Source: the human T2T-CHM13v2.0 reference genome, Homo sapiens
NCBI RefSeq assembly: GCF_009914755.1
Contig: NC_060947.1
Length of the DNA: 64,000 bases
Reading direction: 5' to 3' (one strand)
The notes below the pieces were generated by a model, which ran no database searches, had not been told where the DNA came from, and worked only from the letters and a program-made list of their open reading frames with translations. Positions within the stretch are counted from its first letter, which is position 1. Each line of letters opens with the position of its first letter. The translations under genes and the position numbers were made by a program. This document shows positions 58,580 to 64,000 of this stretch, piece by piece.

Positions 58580-59269
58580 GTAATATTCTTAAGTATCTAT
58601 GGCTACCACAAATTGAGAGTTTGCTTACTTCAAATGCCAGCAAAGGTGTTGCTTTTTCATTTTCAGCCCCTCACGTGGTGCCCATCCCTGAGAGTTCCTT
58701 TGCCCCAATCCAGACTTACAAGACCCCATCTTATCCCTCAATTTCTGGTTCCATTTAGCAGTAGCAAGATCTTAAAACTAGTATCTACTGGAATATGTCA
58801 GTTCTGTAATGCTGACTGAAGCTTGAGTAAACCAGGTGCTTGTAAAGTGGCATGAAATATCCAGAAATAAACTTTACTTTCTACGGGCATTAAATTTACT
58901 TCCACCTTTTAGAAAGAGACTTCAATTTACCTTATTAAATAACTGACCAATCTGTATTCACCACTAAAACATTCTAAGTAGCATATTGAAATAAGCTAAT
59001 CTTTACAGTAGTATAACTGATTTTATCTGTGATGAAAATCCCAAATATTTATTGTCACGATTTTTGTTTTTTAATGTGTTTTTCTACCTATGTGTTAGCT
59101 TCTTTAATTCGAATGTTATTCTCTATGAATTAAAAATATTTTAATAGCATTCTCTTAGGATCTTGCGTTTATGGTTCCTTTTTCTTTGCAGCCAAAGATT
59201 TTCTATCTCCCACATTCGAGACTGAGAAACACCTTCTATCTGCCCTATAAAATCTTATAATCAGCAACG

Positions 59270-59420
59270 TTATGTACCCTTTGATATCATGCTTCGAGAA
59301 GGGCATATCACCTCTGTGGTATCCTTCGCAATCATTCATGACCTCAATCTAATCATGAGAAAACATCAGGCAAACCGAACGGGAAAAATGTTCTGTACAA
59401 TAGCCGACCAGTCCTCTTGG
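59270..59420 (+). mobile_element. L1MC-like 3' UTR fragment
   Basis: atcacctctgtggtat...acctcaatctaatcatgagaaaacatcag. Confidence 0.7.
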
Positions 59421-59604
59421 AAATTTTACAAGTAACTCACATTCCATTAAACAAGCCATGTTGTCGAAAGCACACATTCTATCAATTTGACAAAGATTGA
59501 AAATCCCTGAAAAATTATTCTTTTAGAAAGATATTTTATTAAATCAATGAAAAGTGATCAAAATGTTACCTGTCAGTTTGCCTAAAATAAGTGTGAACAA
59601 ATAG

Positions 59605-59772
<168 letters not shown>

Positions 59773-59972
59773 TAATTTTTTTTCCTTTTAACCTGTATAG
59801 TCAAGATTAACATTTACTCCATTAGTGAATAGAAAGTAAGCTGAAAGGATTTTTTTTTGTTTTACTAGTATCATAATAAAAATACTACAATATTTAATGA
59901 TAAAGAAGCAAAACACTGTTAACAGACTTACTATGGAATTGCAAAACATGAATGCCATTTGCAAAGAATTTA

Positions 59973-60353
<381 letters not shown>

Positions 60354-60436
60354 TCAAAATACCATAAAATATAGAAAATGTTAGTGTACTTTTTGTATAT
60401 GAGACCTTTTTTTTTAAAAAAAAAAAAAAAAATGTT

Positions 60437-60702
<266 letters not shown>

Positions 60703-62124
60703 TTTTCACAGGAAACATTAACAAGGTACAGGGACTCAAGCAAACACAATCTCTGTCATTTCCTGCTACGTATTTTTACATATTTGAGCCACCAAGTGGA
60801 ATATAAGCTTTTGATGGTAGTGATAAGGATACACAAAATGTGTTTATCGCCTTTCTTAGTCTGACTTTAAGGTCGAAATATTTGTATAGTGGGAATGATA
60901 ACATGAAAATATTTGAAGGCATAATGCCTAAGCCCCTTTTTTGTTCAATGTGTTTACTTATTTATTCATTTAAGTATCAATTATAATTCATTCAATGCTA
61001 GCTGTAATTATGCTTTGGCATAGATACTTATTTTTATTCATAATGTAAATATGCAAGAACGTTAATAATAATAAGTAAGTTACAACCACATCAAAATGAT
61101 GATTACTTCTAAACATACTCCCATCTAAAGATTGCATCTTCTGGGTATATACAAACATTTTAATCATGGTCCCCCATTCTAAATGTCAAGACTTTTAAAA
61201 CTTTATCAAAGGTAAAAAAGAAAATGATTTTCAATAGAAAAATAACACATTTTCTATTGGGACCTTCTTTCTGGCAACAAATACATAAGAATATTGTACT
61301 CTAGAATGCCCCAGTGGGATTCCAGAAGGCTAGATGGACAATTGTCTAATATGTACTAAAACATTTTTCTGCTGATTTTCGTATTTAAAACTTCACTCTT
61401 ATCTTTTACCCATGGTCTATGAAATGCTAAAATAAATGAAGGACAATTAACCTCCTAACTTTTACCCCCTCTGGCTTTGTGTGTGTTCAGGGAAGTTTCT
61501 AGAAAGGTAGTTTAATTCTGCATTTAAAAATGTTGAACAGAGATGACAACGAGGTTAGTGAGCATTTACCATTAATTTTAATGTCAGAGTTAAATACTTC
61601 ACCAGAACTTTTAGTCTACAGGTTTATAGTTTCACGTTCCTTCAAAAACAGGCAATTTGTTAGTATCATTAACAAAAGTCAGACTGAACATTTCAACTGA
61701 AATGTCAAAATAGCTCAGAAATTTTCTTTTCTTTTTTAAAAAATTAACCTGACATGTAATTAGGCCTTCAGCCTGAGACATTAGAATTTTTATCTCAACT
61801 TACATAATATTTCTTCTTAAAGGGAAAGCAATTTGTAAACTTTTTCTTCAAGGTCTTTCTCACCTCTTTATTATGACAGTGTGATTGTCCTGCTAAGGGA
61901 GATAATTAACTGCAACTTCATTAGCATCTACAAAGACAAGCTTCCTCATTACAAGTGAAGAAGAAAAGGGCATAACTTAATTAACACAGCATCAATTCAT
62001 AGCCAAATTAGAAGCACAGATTTTGTAGGTAGTTTTACATCAGATTCGGATTCATCTACATTTCTTTCTTGTTTGTGTATGTGTCTGTTTGTGTGGATTT
62101 TTGTTTTGTTGCTTTACATTTTAG

Positions 62125-62270
62125 AATTCTTAAGGAGCATCTTGGGGAACAGGAAGTTTCCATCTCATTAATTGTGGACTCTGTGGAAGAAGGTGACTTG
62201 GGAAATTACTCCTGTTATGTTGAAAATGGAAATGGACGTCGACACGCCAGCGTTCTCCTTCATAAACGAG
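62125..62270 (+). CDS. IL1RAPL1: IL1RAPL1 internal coding exon (146 nt; exon 8 by my recollection), second half of Ig-like domain 3
   Basis: ttttag acceptor and GAG|gtgagt consensus donor. Continues the frame of the previous exon: (R)[48 protein letters not shown], with the Ig DxGxYxC motif. Confidence 0.97.
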
Positions 62271-62409
62271 GTGAGTGTAACCTTCTAAGCTTCGGTGGTC
62301 AACTGAATGTATGATGGGAGAAAAAATCATTGGGAACCAAGAAACAAATTTAGTTTTGTTTTTCTCCACAAAGTTCTCCTAAATAAAATAATCATATTTG
62401 CATTAGAGC

Positions 62410-63041
<632 letters not shown>

Positions 63042-64000
63042 TTAAGTCAAAGATTGTATTTCTTACTGGAAGATTGCTCCTTTAGTGTAAGAACTGTCTG
63101 GTGAATTCCCCACTGCAGTATTTTTTGACATATTGTTTCTGCCTTGGATAACTTTCATTTGTACAATAGTCTCCAATGATGAATAATAATGCATTTTTAA
63201 GTAAGATAAGCTGTGGTTAAGTGCAATGTCTGTTGTGCTAACTCTGCCTCTACAGCACCCCATCACCTTTTGCATAGGGTTAAGTGCATTTAAATGTATA
63301 TTGAATTGTTTGAAATAAGTGACAACTGTAAAATGTGAGCCATTCCTGTTAGTAAAATTGTTTGTGTATATTACAAGAGAAAAATAATTTTTCTACATTA
63401 TGCTAAGTTAAAACTTTCTACTCTTTGGAACAAGCACACTTGATGTTCTCTTACTCAGCAAATTTACAACGATTTTAATTTCAAAGCCCGTGTTTAATCC
63501 TAGACTCTTTGAGGTTTGAAAAGAAAGAGAACATTGAAGGCTGTTCCCCCTTCTTTATTGGGCAATAGATTCCCTTTGAATAATATTACTGAATGCTGTT
63601 AAAATAGACACCTCTGTTGTCAAGGTGACTATGGTACTAAAATAGTCTACCTTTTAGGGATGTGAGTCAAGGAGAAAGGTATGCAGCAGCTAACAATATG
63701 ATTGTATCTTTCTATAGTTTAGTATATAGCCAATCAAGGAAGAGATTTTAGTAGAAATATCATACATATACAAGGACAGAAGTAGCTTCTCATAGTTAAA
63801 AGCAACTTAAGTGTTGTGTAATTGAACTTCTTATCCTGCCATAACATCTTCTGAAGTGATCTATCAGCTTATACTGGATCACATTCCCTTCTCAAGGAAG
63901 TCCATTTTATCTTTGGAAAAATCCGTTAGAAAGCATTTCACTTTCACTGTCTATCCATTGGCCCTAGTTCTGTACTTTTAATCACTCTTCCCCAAGACAG

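Noticed and set aside
62069-62314. 81-aa ORF as a standalone gene
   Set aside because: It is the IL1RAPL1 exon plus flanking intron; the start codon is a TTG inside the acceptor tract

Overview
Primate (almost certainly human X-chromosome) genomic DNA from inside the IL1RAPL1 gene, + strand. About 59.6 kb is the 3' part of one very long intron. It is followed by two coding exons (59639-59771 and 62125-62270) that together encode most of the third Ig domain, separated by a 2,353-nt intron. The rest is AT-rich intronic sequence carrying 15 Alus plus a FLAM-like monomer, several truncated L1s, L2/MIR relics, MaLR/ERV solo LTRs, hAT MITEs and microsatellites. Apart from the exon-overlapping ORF, the ORF track is repeat-derived or random. 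I found no new multi-gene system. The most interesting observations are: (1) a read-through stop plus AATAAA after the last Ig exon that could yield a soluble receptor; (2) a fossil template-switch rearrangement at 14.5-15.7 kb; (3) an unexplained 29-bp inverted repeat at 39.3/39.7 kb; (4) an Alu and an L1 that used the same endonuclease site; (5) a twin-primed young L1 just upstream of an exon. Repeat subfamily names come from recalled consensus motifs, and boundaries of old repeats are approximate.
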